From: Candidatus Heimdallarchaeota archaeon
GTDB lineage: Archaea > Asgardarchaeota > Heimdallarchaeia > Heimdallarchaeales > Heimdallarchaeaceae
DNA length: 64,000 nucleotides
Assembly: GCA_016839945.1 (NCBI GenBank)
Contig: JAEOTE010000108.1
Span: 1-64,000, forward strand
Reading direction: 5' to 3'
Shown here: piece after piece, positions 48,506-57,866 of the stretch
Numbering within the stretch: position 1 is the first letter of the stretch
How the letters are laid out: each line of letters opens with the position of its first letter
Position numbers and translations under genes: made by a program
Notes under the pieces: model-generated
Told to the model about the DNA's origin: nothing
Database searches by the model: none
The model's input: the letters and a program-made list of their open reading frames with translations, nothing else

Positions 48506-50014
48506 ATGGATAAGATTGGAATTTTTGATTTTGGGGGTCAGTATTGCCATCTAATAGCTAGAAGGATCAGAGATCTAGGAGTCTATTCAGACATTATTTA
48601 TGAACCGAGTGAGGGATACAAAGGATTTATTCTTTCTGGAGGTCCTGGAGATGTTTATAGCGAAGAATCTCCAAAATTGCCTAATAACTTCTTTCAGGAT
48701 GTCAATATTCCAGTTTTAGGTATATGTTACGGTCATCAAATGATTGCTCAAGCTTTTGGTGGAAAAGTAGAAAGAGGAAAAGAGAGGGAATATGGAAAGA
48801 AAATAGCAAAGATAAATACATCTTCAGAATTGTTCAAAAATCTTAAGGAAGAAGAACAGGTCTGGATGTCACATTTTGACCAAGTAACTAAATTACCTGA
48901 AGACTTTGAAAACATTGGAGAAACTGACATCTGTTTAAACGCTGCATATCAAAACAAAAGCAAGAACGTATTTGGAGTTCAATTCCATCCGGAGGTTATT
49001 CATACACCAAGTGGAGATAAAGTACTAGATAATTTTATCAAGATAACTGGAAGCAAAAGAGATTGGAAGCTTGAAGGATGGATTGAAGAAAAGATAACTC
49101 ACTTAAAGGAGAATATAGGTGATAAGAGCATTATAATGGCTGTAAGCGGGGGTGTTGATAGCACAGTTGCAGCTGTTCTATTGTCTAAAGCAGGAGTTAA
49201 TACTCATTTTATTTACGTTGATACAGGTTTAATGAGACTTAGTGAAACTGAAGAAGTGTCAAATATCTTTCAAGATTTACAGATTAAAAATTTTCATGTA
49301 GTTTATTCAGAAGAAAGGTTTCTCTCTGCTCTGAAGGATGTAACAAATCCTGAAGAAAAGAGAGTTATAATTGGTAACTTGTTTATTAAAATATTTGAAG
49401 AAAAAGCGAAAGAATTAGGAAATTTCAGCTATTTAGGTCAGGGAACTATTTATCCAGATCGAATAGAGAGTGCTCAACCAAGTAAACTTGCGAATGTTAT
49501 TAAAACACATCACAACGTTGGTGGATTACCAGAAAGAATGAATCTGGATTTAATAGAACCTCTTAATGAATTATACAAAGATGAAGTAAGAAAAATTGGT
49601 AACATGTTGGGATTACCAAAAAGGTTCATTAAAAGACATCCATTCCCAGGACCCGCTTTAGCAATAAGAATACTCGGTGAAGTAACCAAAGAAAGATTGG
49701 AGATATTAAGAAAAGCTGATGCTATTGTTACAGAAATCATTGAAAAAAACGATTTATATGATAATCTGTGGCAAGTTTTTCCTGCACTTATACCTGTGAA
49801 ATCAGTTGGTGTTATGGGGGATAAAAGAACATATGAATATATGTTAGCAATAAGAGCTGTTGAATCAATTGATGCTATGACTGCAGATTGGAGTAAAATA
49901 CCTTATAGTGTATTAGAAGATATTTCCAATCAAATTGTTAACAAAGTTTCTGGAGTTAATAGAGTTTTATACGATATCACTAGCAAACCACCAGGAACAA
50001 TTGAATATGAATAA
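48506..50014 (+). CDS. guaA: GMP synthase (fused glutaminase and ATPPase)
   Basis: LSGGP, GICYGHQ, QFHPE, SGGVDS, IKTHHNVGG, KPPGTIEYE. Confidence 0.97.
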   Translation: MDKIGIFDFGGQYCHLIARRIRDLGVYSDIIYEPSEGYKGFILSGGPGDVYSEESPKLPNNFFQDVNIPVLGICYGHQMIAQAFGGKVERGKEREYGKKIAKINTSSELFKNLKEEEQVWMSHFDQVTKLPEDFENIGETDICLNAAYQNKSKNVFGVQFHPEVIHTPSGDKVLDNFIKITGSKRDWKLEGWIEEKITHLKENIGDKSIIMAVSGGVDSTVAAVLLSKAGVNTHFIYVDTGLMRLSETEEVSNIFQDLQIKNFHVVYSEERFLSALKDVTNPEEKRVIIGNLFIKIFEEKAKELGNFSYLGQGTIYPDRIESAQPSKLANVIKTHHNVGGLPERMNLDLIEPLNELYKDEVRKIGNMLGLPKRFIKRHPFPGPALAIRILGEVTKERLEILRKADAIVTEIIEKNDLYDNLWQVFPALIPVKSVGVMGDKRTYEYMLAIRAVESIDAMTADWSKIPYSVLEDISNQIVNKVSGVNRVLYDITSKPPGTIEYE

Positions 50015-50047
50015 TAAAATTGAAGTAGAAAAATAGGAGTAAAACAA

Positions 50048-50647
50048 ATGAATGTGACTGTAAAAGGATTGACTGAACTACTAATAAAGAACAATATTCT
50101 CAAATTTGGGGAATTCACACTAAAATCTGGAAAAAAATCATGGTTTTATATTGATTTAAGATTAATTCCCTCATTTCCTGAGACTTTTAGTTATGTCATA
50201 GGTTGCTATACTAAGCTACTAAAGGAAATAGATCATTTTGATGCTCTTGCAGGTGTAGCTGTGGGAGGAATCCCATTTTCGTCAGTTTTAGGATATGAAT
50301 TCAAGGTTCCATCACTTATTGTAAGAACACAATCCAAAGAACATGGTTTGAAAAAATTAGTTGAAGGACATGTAAAACAAGATTCTAGGGTTGTTTTAGT
50401 AGACGATTTAGTAACAACTGGATCAAGTAAAATACCCGGAATAATTGCTTTAAGAGAATCTAATTTTAAAGTAGATGAGATAATTGTTCTGGTTGATAGA
50501 AGTCAAGGAGATTTAGGAGAACTAAATGAACTAGATATCAATCTTATTTCATTTTGTACGATAGAAGAAATATTCAAAGCTGCTTTAAAATTGAGCGAAA
50601 ATTTAGTTTCAAAAGATACAAAAGAAATCATTTCATCTAATCTTTAA
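50048..50647 (+). CDS. pyrE: Orotate phosphoribosyltransferase
   Basis: FGEFTLKSG..S..YIDLR, KEHG, VDDLVTTG. Confidence 0.95.
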   Translation: MNVTVKGLTELLIKNNILKFGEFTLKSGKKSWFYIDLRLIPSFPETFSYVIGCYTKLLKEIDHFDALAGVAVGGIPFSSVLGYEFKVPSLIVRTQSKEHGLKKLVEGHVKQDSRVVLVDDLVTTGSSKIPGIIALRESNFKVDEIIVLVDRSQGDLGELNELDINLISFCTIEEIFKAALKLSENLVSKDTKEIISSNL

Positions 50648-51467
50648 CAGTTTCTGTTCCATATTTTAGATTTGAAATCTCGTTTAATTGATTGTTTAAT
50701 ATATCTCGATATTTTTGAGCTTCGATTATTGGATTTTCTGAATAAATGATTGCTCTCCCAACATTCACTAGAGATTTTCTTTCAAAATGATAAAGAACTT
50801 TCTTAGCACTGCCACCCTGAGCCCCTACTCCAGGAATCAATGCAATTTTATTTTTTCCAAGTGTTGTATGAAGTTCTGATACTTCTTCAGAAGTAATATG
50901 TTCTGTTGCTCCAATAACATTTCCATCTGAATTAGCAGAATTACATAACTCAGCGATATAGAGATAGAGTGGTTTGTCCTCAATTATTGCTTGCTTTTGA
51001 TATTCAGCTTCAGGATTTGACATAAGAGTTAAGACAAAAATACCTAATTCCTTTTTATGAGCATATTGAGTTGCTTCTTGTACATTTCCAGCAAATGGAG
51101 AAAATGTAAAAGCATCAAAGCTTTCTTCTTTAATCCAAAAAATAGCTGATATATTTGATGACCCAATATCAGATAATTTATGATCTACAATTGAAAGCAT
51201 ATTATTTTGATGTATATGAATATTAATTGCTCTTATCTCGTCAATAGTTAAACCAATCAGATATTGTCTATTCATTTTAATTGCACTAGCATAAGGAGCA
51301 ACATCAGAAACAATATTTCTCATAAAATCAAGTCTATCTTCTGTCTGGATTACATTTTTACTTCTCTGACTTGGAATTGCCGGATCAATCCCAACACAAA
51401 GAGTACTGTTTTTTGTTTTAGAGATGTCAAGATATTTCTTAACGAATATAGTATTTAGTTCAGACAC
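50637..51467 (-). CDS. pyrF: Orotidine-5'-phosphate decarboxylase
   Basis: CVGIDP, DHKLSDI, MSNP, PGVGAQGG, VGRAI. Confidence 0.92.
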   Translation of the reverse strand: MSELNTIFVKKYLDISKTKNSTLCVGIDPAIPSQRSKNVIQTEDRLDFMRNIVSDVAPYASAIKMNRQYLIGLTIDEIRAINIHIHQNNMLSIVDHKLSDIGSSNISAIFWIKEESFDAFTFSPFAGNVQEATQYAHKKELGIFVLTLMSNPEAEYQKQAIIEDKPLYLYIAELCNSANSDGNVIGATEHITSEEVSELHTTLGKNKIALIPGVGAQGGSAKKVLYHFERKSLVNVGRAIIYSENPIIEAQKYRDILNNQLNEISNLKYGTETVKD

Positions 51468-51533
51468 AAAATATGATTATTTGATCCTTATTTAACACTT
51501 CTTTTGGTACTATTCAGAGAGCTAAAAGAATTT

Positions 51534-52748
51534 TCACTGTATTAAAGCTAAATTACCATTTTTAACAACATATAGTATGTCACCCATTAGTGAGTGATTG
51601 ACATAAGGAGACCATTTGGACTTTGTTTTAATATTCTCACTCCTCAAGTCGTAAGGTTTAGTTTTATCTATTACAATGAAGTTGGCAGTAGAGATGTCTG
51701 TTTCTTCTATATCAAATAATTTGTATGGGAAGATGTGTATAGCTTCTATTGCTCTCTCCCATTCTAAATCATCAATAGTAACCAGATTTATCAAAGAAGG
51801 CAACAATTCTTGTACTCCAGGCATCCCACTTAGATTTTTCTCTTCTTTTTCTTGAAGAGAATGAGGTGAATGATCAGAGCTAATCATATCAATAACTCCT
51901 GTAGCTAAAGCTTGAGTTAAATGAATTCTATCTGTGGTATTGCGTAAAGGAGGACTAACTCTCTTCATATATTCAGGTAAATCTGTATTCTGATCAAAAT
52001 AGAGATATCTTGGACAGGTGTCAATTGTTAAATTATCTGTTTTTACCACTTCTAAGAGTTTTAACGATAGAGAACTACTCAAATGAGTTATGTGAAATTT
52101 TAAATTACTAAATTCTTGAGCCCAGAGAGAGATTTTTTGAATTGCTTCAGCTTCTGCTTCAGGAGGTCTTTGTTTATGAAAGGTCTTTTCATCTTTGCAT
52201 TGATTTAAAATCTCAGGATCTTCAGCGTGGAAGAAAATAGGTTTCGAACTTTCAATTTTTTCCAATAAAGTAAGAGAGGAAAAAATACTATCTTCACTAA
52301 CCATTAGTTTTCCAAAAGATTCAGCCATAAATATCTTATATGCATCACAGTGATTGTCAATTTGTTCTATTTCTTGTAAATTATTGTTTGTTATTGCAGC
52401 TGCAATTAGTATATCGACCCATTTCTGCTTTTTTGCAAAAGCTTTTTTCTGCAAAATCCTTTCAACTGAATCAGTTATTGGTCTAGTATTTGGCATGTCT
52501 AGTACTTTAGTTATACCACCATAAATTGCAGCTAAAGAACCTGAAATCATGTTTTCTTTATATTCATATCCAGGTTCTCTGAAATGAACATGAATATCCA
52601 TTCCAGGTGGAATTCCTAAGAAAGATGAGCAATCAATTTTTTTCACATTTTTTTCAAGAAGATCTTCTGAATCTGAAACCTGAATGTCTCTTGTAACAAA
52701 ATTCCTTTTCTCTATATCCCAAATCTTCAAATTGGTAAATAATACCAT
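51534..52748 (-). CDS. pyrC: Dihydroorotase
   Basis: DIHVHFREPG, DMPNT, HAED, HITH, PPLR, SDHSPH. Confidence 0.92.
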   Translation of the reverse strand: MVLFTNLKIWDIEKRNFVTRDIQVSDSEDLLEKNVKKIDCSSFLGIPPGMDIHVHFREPGYEYKENMISGSLAAIYGGITKVLDMPNTRPITDSVERILQKKAFAKKQKWVDILIAAAITNNNLQEIEQIDNHCDAYKIFMAESFGKLMVSEDSIFSSLTLLEKIESSKPIFFHAEDPEILNQCKDEKTFHKQRPPEAEAEAIQKISLWAQEFSNLKFHITHLSSSLSLKLLEVVKTDNLTIDTCPRYLYFDQNTDLPEYMKRVSPPLRNTTDRIHLTQALATGVIDMISSDHSPHSLQEKEEKNLSGMPGVQELLPSLINLVTIDDLEWERAIEAIHIFPYKLFDIEETDISTANFIVIDKTKPYDLRSENIKTKSKWSPYVNHSLMGDILYVVKNGNLALIQ

Positions 52749-52749
52749 T

Positions 52750-53601
52750 TTAAATCCTCTGTTTTTCTCCAGTATCTAATCTTCGATAAACACCAAAGTC
52801 ACTAATTTGTTCTAGTTGTTTTGTGTTAAACACAGGACCGTCAACACAAATACGCCATCCAGTAGGATCAACAGCACAATAAGAACAGATTCCGAATCCA
52901 CAGCGCATATATCTGTCTGCTAAACTCATTTGCATATCAATAACGTTTTCATATTTCTTTCCTATATCAAAGATAACCTTCATCATTCTTTCTGGTCCTG
53001 CAACATATAATACTGAAGGTGTTTCAGATTCTTCTAGAAACTTCTCTAATGCTACTGTTGGAAATCCTTTATACCCAAATGAGCCATCATCAGTGCATAC
53101 ATTGAATATTATTTGGTCTTTCTCATGTAAATTCTGCAACCAGTCTAAATACATTAACTTGCTTTTTGTCCTTGCCCCTTCAAAAATCTGAATGCTTAAG
53201 TTATCATCTCTTTCTATCAAATTCTTTGTTAGAAATTTCAAAGGAGTCATTCCAAATCCTCCCCCAATAAGTAAGTGATTGATATTTTTTGGAGTTTGAA
53301 ATGATTTTCCGTAGAATCCTCGAATTCCAACAAAGTCTCCTATATTTTTTGCTAACATTGCTGTAGTTCCTGGGCCCATTTTTGCTATTCCTAATTCTAG
53401 TACATCATTCTCGTATCCTGCTACTCCAACAGGAAATTCATCAACTCCTGGAACCCAAAGCATAACAAATTGACCAGGTTTCGCTGTTTTGTTTTTTACT
53501 GGTAGATCTATTAGAAAATTGTATGTATCATCACATTCCTCTTGTTTATCTATTATTTTCCCCATTAATGGTTTAGAGTTTGCTAATGTTTGTTTCTTCA
53601 T
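52750..53601 (-). CDS. pyrK: Dihydroorotate dehydrogenase electron-transfer subunit
   Basis: PGQFVMLW, GGGFGMTP, TDDGS, MRCGFGICSYC, CVDGPVF. Confidence 0.94.
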   Translation of the reverse strand: MKKQTLANSKPLMGKIIDKQEECDDTYNFLIDLPVKNKTAKPGQFVMLWVPGVDEFPVGVAGYENDVLELGIAKMGPGTTAMLAKNIGDFVGIRGFYGKSFQTPKNINHLLIGGGFGMTPLKFLTKNLIERDDNLSIQIFEGARTKSKLMYLDWLQNLHEKDQIIFNVCTDDGSFGYKGFPTVALEKFLEESETPSVLYVAGPERMMKVIFDIGKKYENVIDMQMSLADRYMRCGFGICSYCAVDPTGWRICVDGPVFNTKQLEQISDFGVYRRLDTGEKQRI

Positions 53602-54518
53602 TAATGGGCACCTCCTGTTATTTCACTAATTGATTTGAACTCATTTTCCCTCATGTATTTCTTTATTTTACTGATGAAGAATTTAATCATATTTTCAGGA
53701 TAAGCAACTCCCAGAGCTGTTCCTATTTGCACAGCTGATGCACCAGCTAGAAGGTATTCTATTACATCCTCTCCACTCATAATCCCTCCAGCACCAATTA
53801 GTGGTATTCTATCTTCGAATCTTTCGTATAAATCATAGATATATCTTACACCTATTGGTTTAATAGCAGCACCTGATAATCCACCTTTCTTAAAACCAAG
53901 AATTGGTTGTTTTGTATGTATGTCAATGACCATTGCTTTTAGTGTGTTTATTGCTACTAGAGCATCACAACCTCCATTTACTGCAGCTTCTGCAATTTCG
54001 ATAACATCACTTACATTAGGAGTGAGTTTTACCCATAAAGGAACCTCTGTCTCTGATTTCAATCTTTTAACAATCTGAAAAACAGCTTCTGAATCTGTTC
54101 CAATTTGTATTCCACCTTTCTCAGTATTGGGACAACTTAGATTCAATTCAAAAGCTAAAACAGGAAAATCCTTTAAACCATTCAATATTTCAGAGAATTC
54201 GTTTTCATTTTCTCCAAATATTGAAACAATTGTAGGAACATGGTTTTTTACTAAAATCTCAACATCTTCTCTAAAAACTTGATATCCTGGATTTGCTAAT
54301 CCAACTGAATTTATTGCACTTCGAATTTCGTTTAATGCAAAAACACTTGGATTAGGATTACCTTTCCTGCTATTTAATCCTATACTCTTGGTAACAACAG
54401 CTCCCACTCCACCATTATAGATGCGTTGTAATGTAGAATATGAAGTTCCCATTACTCCCGATGCCAATATCAAAGGATTTCGAATATCTATCGAACCTAT
54501 TTTGGTTATCAAGGACAT
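53601..54518 (-). CDS. pyrD: Dihydroorotate dehydrogenase class 1B catalytic subunit
   Basis: LASG, TKS, ELNLSCPN, KLTPN, INT, GGLSG..IKP. Confidence 0.96.
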   Translation of the reverse strand: MSLITKIGSIDIRNPLILASGVMGTSYSTLQRIYNGGVGAVVTKSIGLNSRKGNPNPSVFALNEIRSAINSVGLANPGYQVFREDVEILVKNHVPTIVSIFGENENEFSEILNGLKDFPVLAFELNLSCPNTEKGGIQIGTDSEAVFQIVKRLKSETEVPLWVKLTPNVSDVIEIAEAAVNGGCDALVAINTLKAMVIDIHTKQPILGFKKGGLSGAAIKPIGVRYIYDLYERFEDRIPLIGAGGIMSGEDVIEYLLAGASAVQIGTALGVAYPENMIKFFISKIKKYMRENEFKSISEITGGAH

Positions 54519-54694
54519 GTTGAAAAAGTAAAAAAGAAGTAGAAAAACTTTGCTAATTCACAACTCATGAAAAATCTACTTTTCAGAGGATACAATCTAA
54601 AAATTATTGAAAAACTTAACATATAACAAATTTGATAAAGACTTAAAAAATCTCTGAATAGAATTATATATATTCACGTCTAGGAGACCTCCAT

Positions 54695-55399
54695 TTGGCA
54701 AAGATAGCAGTAATTTCTGATATTCATTCAAACATTTTTGCATTAGAGGAGGTTTTGAAAGACATCCAAAAACGAAAGAACATCGATGAGATTATTTGTT
54801 TAGGGGATGTAGTAGGATACTATCCATATCCAAATGAGTGTATAGAGCTAGTTCGTGAAAACTGTTCTTCATGCATGTTAGGAAACCATGATAGTGGAGT
54901 TCTTGGAGATGAACCATCATTTTATTTTAATCCAACAGCGTATGAAATGATTGTTTGGACTAAAAAAGAGATTAAGTCTGATAATTTTAAATGGCTTACC
55001 ACACTTCCCAGAAAGAAGACTATTGAAAGAAAAGGAAAATCAATGTTTCTTGTACATGGTTCACCTTTCAACACTTTTGATTATTTTGATGCTTATTCCG
55101 ATAAACAATGGAATTATATGCTGAAACAAGCATTTGAGAAAACTAAAACTGATTTATTGCTTGTAGGACATACACATGTCCCTATCAAAACTAAGTATGA
55201 AAAGAAGTTTTTCTTGAATCCAGGATCCGTAGGTCAACCTAGAAATGGTATTCCAGGAGCTTTTTATTCAATTATTAATCTCAATCCATTATCTATTACC
55301 ATGGTTCACTTAAAATATGATTTCTCACCTCTACAGAAAAAAATGGAAAAACTGAGTTTACCAAAATCGCTTAGTGATAGACTTAATCATGGTTTATGA
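54695..55399 (+). CDS. Calcineurin-like metallophosphoesterase
   Basis: SDIHSN, GDVVGY, GNHD, HGSP, GHTH, NPGSVGQPR. Confidence 0.93.
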   Translation: MAKIAVISDIHSNIFALEEVLKDIQKRKNIDEIICLGDVVGYYPYPNECIELVRENCSSCMLGNHDSGVLGDEPSFYFNPTAYEMIVWTKKEIKSDNFKWLTTLPRKKTIERKGKSMFLVHGSPFNTFDYFDAYSDKQWNYMLKQAFEKTKTDLLLVGHTHVPIKTKYEKKFFLNPGSVGQPRNGIPGAFYSIINLNPLSITMVHLKYDFSPLQKKMEKLSLPKSLSDRLNHGL

Positions 55400-55412
55400 T
55401 TAATCAAAAATT

Positions 55413-55796
55413 CTAGCTATAACCGTTATATGGGTCCTCTTTTTCATCTATTTCCTTTAGTTCTTCTTCTAATTTATCATTGTATAAATCATGTAGAATA
55501 ACTAAAGCTACACCTTTGTGGATTCCAGCCTTGATTGAGAGTTTTTGATAGCTTATTCCTGGATTTTTAGGAATGATTTTTTCTCTTACATATCCTTTGA
55601 GGTTGTTGTAATTTGGAATAGATCTTATTCCATCTACCAAATCGCTTAATTTGCCGTTAAAGCCTTCAAAATTAACATCTGCTTTCTTCTGTTGTTTTAT
55701 TTTTTCAAGCAGTTTATTATGTGATTCTTCCTCCTTTTTCCTTTCATCTTCAGCTTTTTTCTGATTATCATCCAGATAGTGATATATAGTACTCAT
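55413..55796 (-). CDS. Hypothetical charged protein with putative HTH
   Basis: ATG 55796 preceded by GTGGGGT; coiled N-terminus; NPGISYQKLSIKAGIHKGVALVIL is HTH-like. Confidence 0.6.
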   Translation of the reverse strand: MSTIYHYLDDNQKKAEDERKKEEESHNKLLEKIKQQKKADVNFEGFNGKLSDLVDGIRSIPNYNNLKGYVREKIIPKNPGISYQKLSIKAGIHKGVALVILHDLYNDKLEEELKEIDEKEDPYNGYS

Positions 55797-55813
55797 GTCA
55801 TACCCCACAATGC

Positions 55814-55897
55814 GAGAACGTGTGTTACTCAGTAGAAGGAGTCGAGTAAAAAAAGGTTTTGTAATATTAGTGAAAAGGTGAAACCTAAAACGTTCTT
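55814..55897. ncRNA. Candidate three-way-junction structured RNA/DNA element
   Basis: P1 AGAACGT/ACGTTCT, P2 TTACTC/GAGTAA, P3 AGGTTT/AAACCT, perfectly nested; matches no family I recognise. Confidence 0.4.
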
Positions 55898-56342
55898 CTA
55901 TAAGTGCAGATAAATGTCTGACTGACAAAGAAATATCCTCACAAAAGAAAATAATTATAGTGTTAACGAAATAGAACTATTCCTCTTTCAAACAAACAGT
56001 TAGAGTTTTCACGATAGATTTGCTAGAAAAGATTTTCACCACTAAAAATAGATAAAAACAAGAACTTATATGTGAAAAGATATCACTGACAATTTTCTTA
56101 TTCATTAGAAAGCCTTAAACTGCTAAATAGTGATTTTTTGTCAGGTTTCTCTATGATGTATGCATAATTAATTCACAATTAATTTAACTAGAGTTATGAT
56201 AGAGACAACTAGAAAGAACTAGCTTTAACTTAATGAAGTAGAAATTATGCTTAATTAAAACAAAATTAGTATGAATAAAGATGTGAAAGAACAATTTTTT
56301 AGTTATTAAAATTATTAAATGAAAGAATAGTTACATTTCTTT

Positions 56343-57833
56343 TTAATTCTCTATCCATTTCATAGCTTTTTTCACTGCTTTTTTCCAATTTTCTAGTAGA
56401 ATATTTCTCTTTTTCTCACTCATCATTGGATAAAAGTCTTTATCAATTGCAAAGTTCTTCTTGATATCTTCTAGACTTTTCCAATAATCTACTGCAAGAC
56501 CAGCTAAATATGCTGCTCCCAAAGCTGTTGTTTCATTTATTTTTGGTTTTTGAACTATAATATTCGATATATCTGCTTGAAATTGCATCAAAGGCAAACA
56601 ATTGGTTACTCCACCATCAACTCTGATTACTCTAATCTTTGTTTTAGAATCTTTTTCCATTGCATTGAAAACATCTTCTGATTGGTAACAGATAGATTCT
56701 AGTGTTGCTCTTATGATATGTTCTTTTTTGGTTCCTCTTGTTAAACCAAGTAGAGTCCCTCGAGCATATGGATCCCAAAATGGTGCCCCCAATCCTGTAA
56801 AAGCTGGCACAAAAACTACACCTTGTGTATCAGAAACATCGTTCATTATACTCGTTAATTCTTCCTTGTTTGAGAGTATGTTTATCCCTTTCTCTAACCA
56901 CTGTATTGCAGCACCTGTAATAAACACACTTCCTTCAAGAGCATAAGTTATATCTTTATCAATTTTCCAAGCAATAGTTGTAAGAAGGCCATTTTCTGAT
57001 CTCACAGCTGTTTTGCCTGTGTTGAAAAGCATAAAATTACCCGTTCCATATGTATTTTTCACTTCTCCCTTATCAAAACAAGTCTGACCAAATAGAGCAG
57101 CTTGCTGATCACCAGCAGCCCCTGCAACAGGGATAGTCTCCTTAATGACATTCTTTTTCACTAAGCCATACGTTTCCTTATCACTACTCGGTCGAACTTC
57201 AGGTAAAATCTCAATGGGAATATTAAGAATTTCAAGCAATTCACTATCCCAAGATCCTTTGTGAATATTGAACAACAAAGTCCTAGATGCGTTTGAATAA
57301 TCAGTGACATTCTTACCTATCAAATTCCATATTAACCAACTATCGATTGTTCCAACAGCTAAACTGTTATCCTTTAATTTATCCTGAACACTTTGTGAGT
57401 TCTCAATTAACCATTTTATTTTCGTACCTGAGAAATATGGATCCAGAACTAATCCAGTCTTCTTTGTGAATACTTCATTATACCCATCTTCTCTTAATTT
57501 ATCACAAATATCAGCAGTTCTTCTACATTGCCAAACAATAGCATTATGTAAAGGTTTACCAGAATTTTTATTCCAAGCTACAACTGTTTCTCTCTGATTT
57601 GTTATTCCAATAGAACATATATCTGAAAATTCTATTTTAGAAGAAACAACTGCATTATTAATCACTTCTTGAGTTTTTTCCCAAATTTCAGTAGGACTGT
57701 GTTCAACCCAACCTGGTTGAGGATAAAATTGTTCATGCTCTATGTAAGATTTTGATATCTCCTCTCCTTTCTTGTTAAAAATCATAGCTCTTGTTCCAGT
57801 TGTCCCCTGATCTATGCTTAGCACATACTTCAT
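56343..57833 (-). CDS. glpK: Glycerol kinase
   Basis: DQGTTGTR, ITNQRETV, YFSGTK, GDQQAALFGQ, KNTYGTG, PAFTGLGAP. Confidence 0.97.
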   Translation of the reverse strand: MKYVLSIDQGTTGTRAMIFNKKGEEISKSYIEHEQFYPQPGWVEHSPTEIWEKTQEVINNAVVSSKIEFSDICSIGITNQRETVVAWNKNSGKPLHNAIVWQCRRTADICDKLREDGYNEVFTKKTGLVLDPYFSGTKIKWLIENSQSVQDKLKDNSLAVGTIDSWLIWNLIGKNVTDYSNASRTLLFNIHKGSWDSELLEILNIPIEILPEVRPSSDKETYGLVKKNVIKETIPVAGAAGDQQAALFGQTCFDKGEVKNTYGTGNFMLFNTGKTAVRSENGLLTTIAWKIDKDITYALEGSVFITGAAIQWLEKGINILSNKEELTSIMNDVSDTQGVVFVPAFTGLGAPFWDPYARGTLLGLTRGTKKEHIIRATLESICYQSEDVFNAMEKDSKTKIRVIRVDGGVTNCLPLMQFQADISNIIVQKPKINETTALGAAYLAGLAVDYWKSLEDIKKNFAIDKDFYPMMSEKKRNILLENWKKAVKKAMKWIEN

Positions 57834-57866
57834 TGTTAAACTAAAAAAACGATTATTAAAAACGTT

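Noticed and set aside
55814-55897. Assignment of the three-way junction to a purine riboswitch, hammerhead ribozyme or tRNA fragment
   Set aside because: It lacks the purine-riboswitch core nucleotides, the CUGANGA/GAAA hammerhead core in the right register, and any T-loop.
55797-55928. 44-aa N-terminal extension of the 55413-55928 ORF
   Set aside because: Composition is unlike the rest of the protein; an SD-like GTGGGGT precedes ATG 55796; the region is better explained as a non-coding structured leader.
55929-56342. Replication origin
   Set aside because: AT-rich, but no ORB-like motif with a G-string and no adjacent orc1/cdc6.
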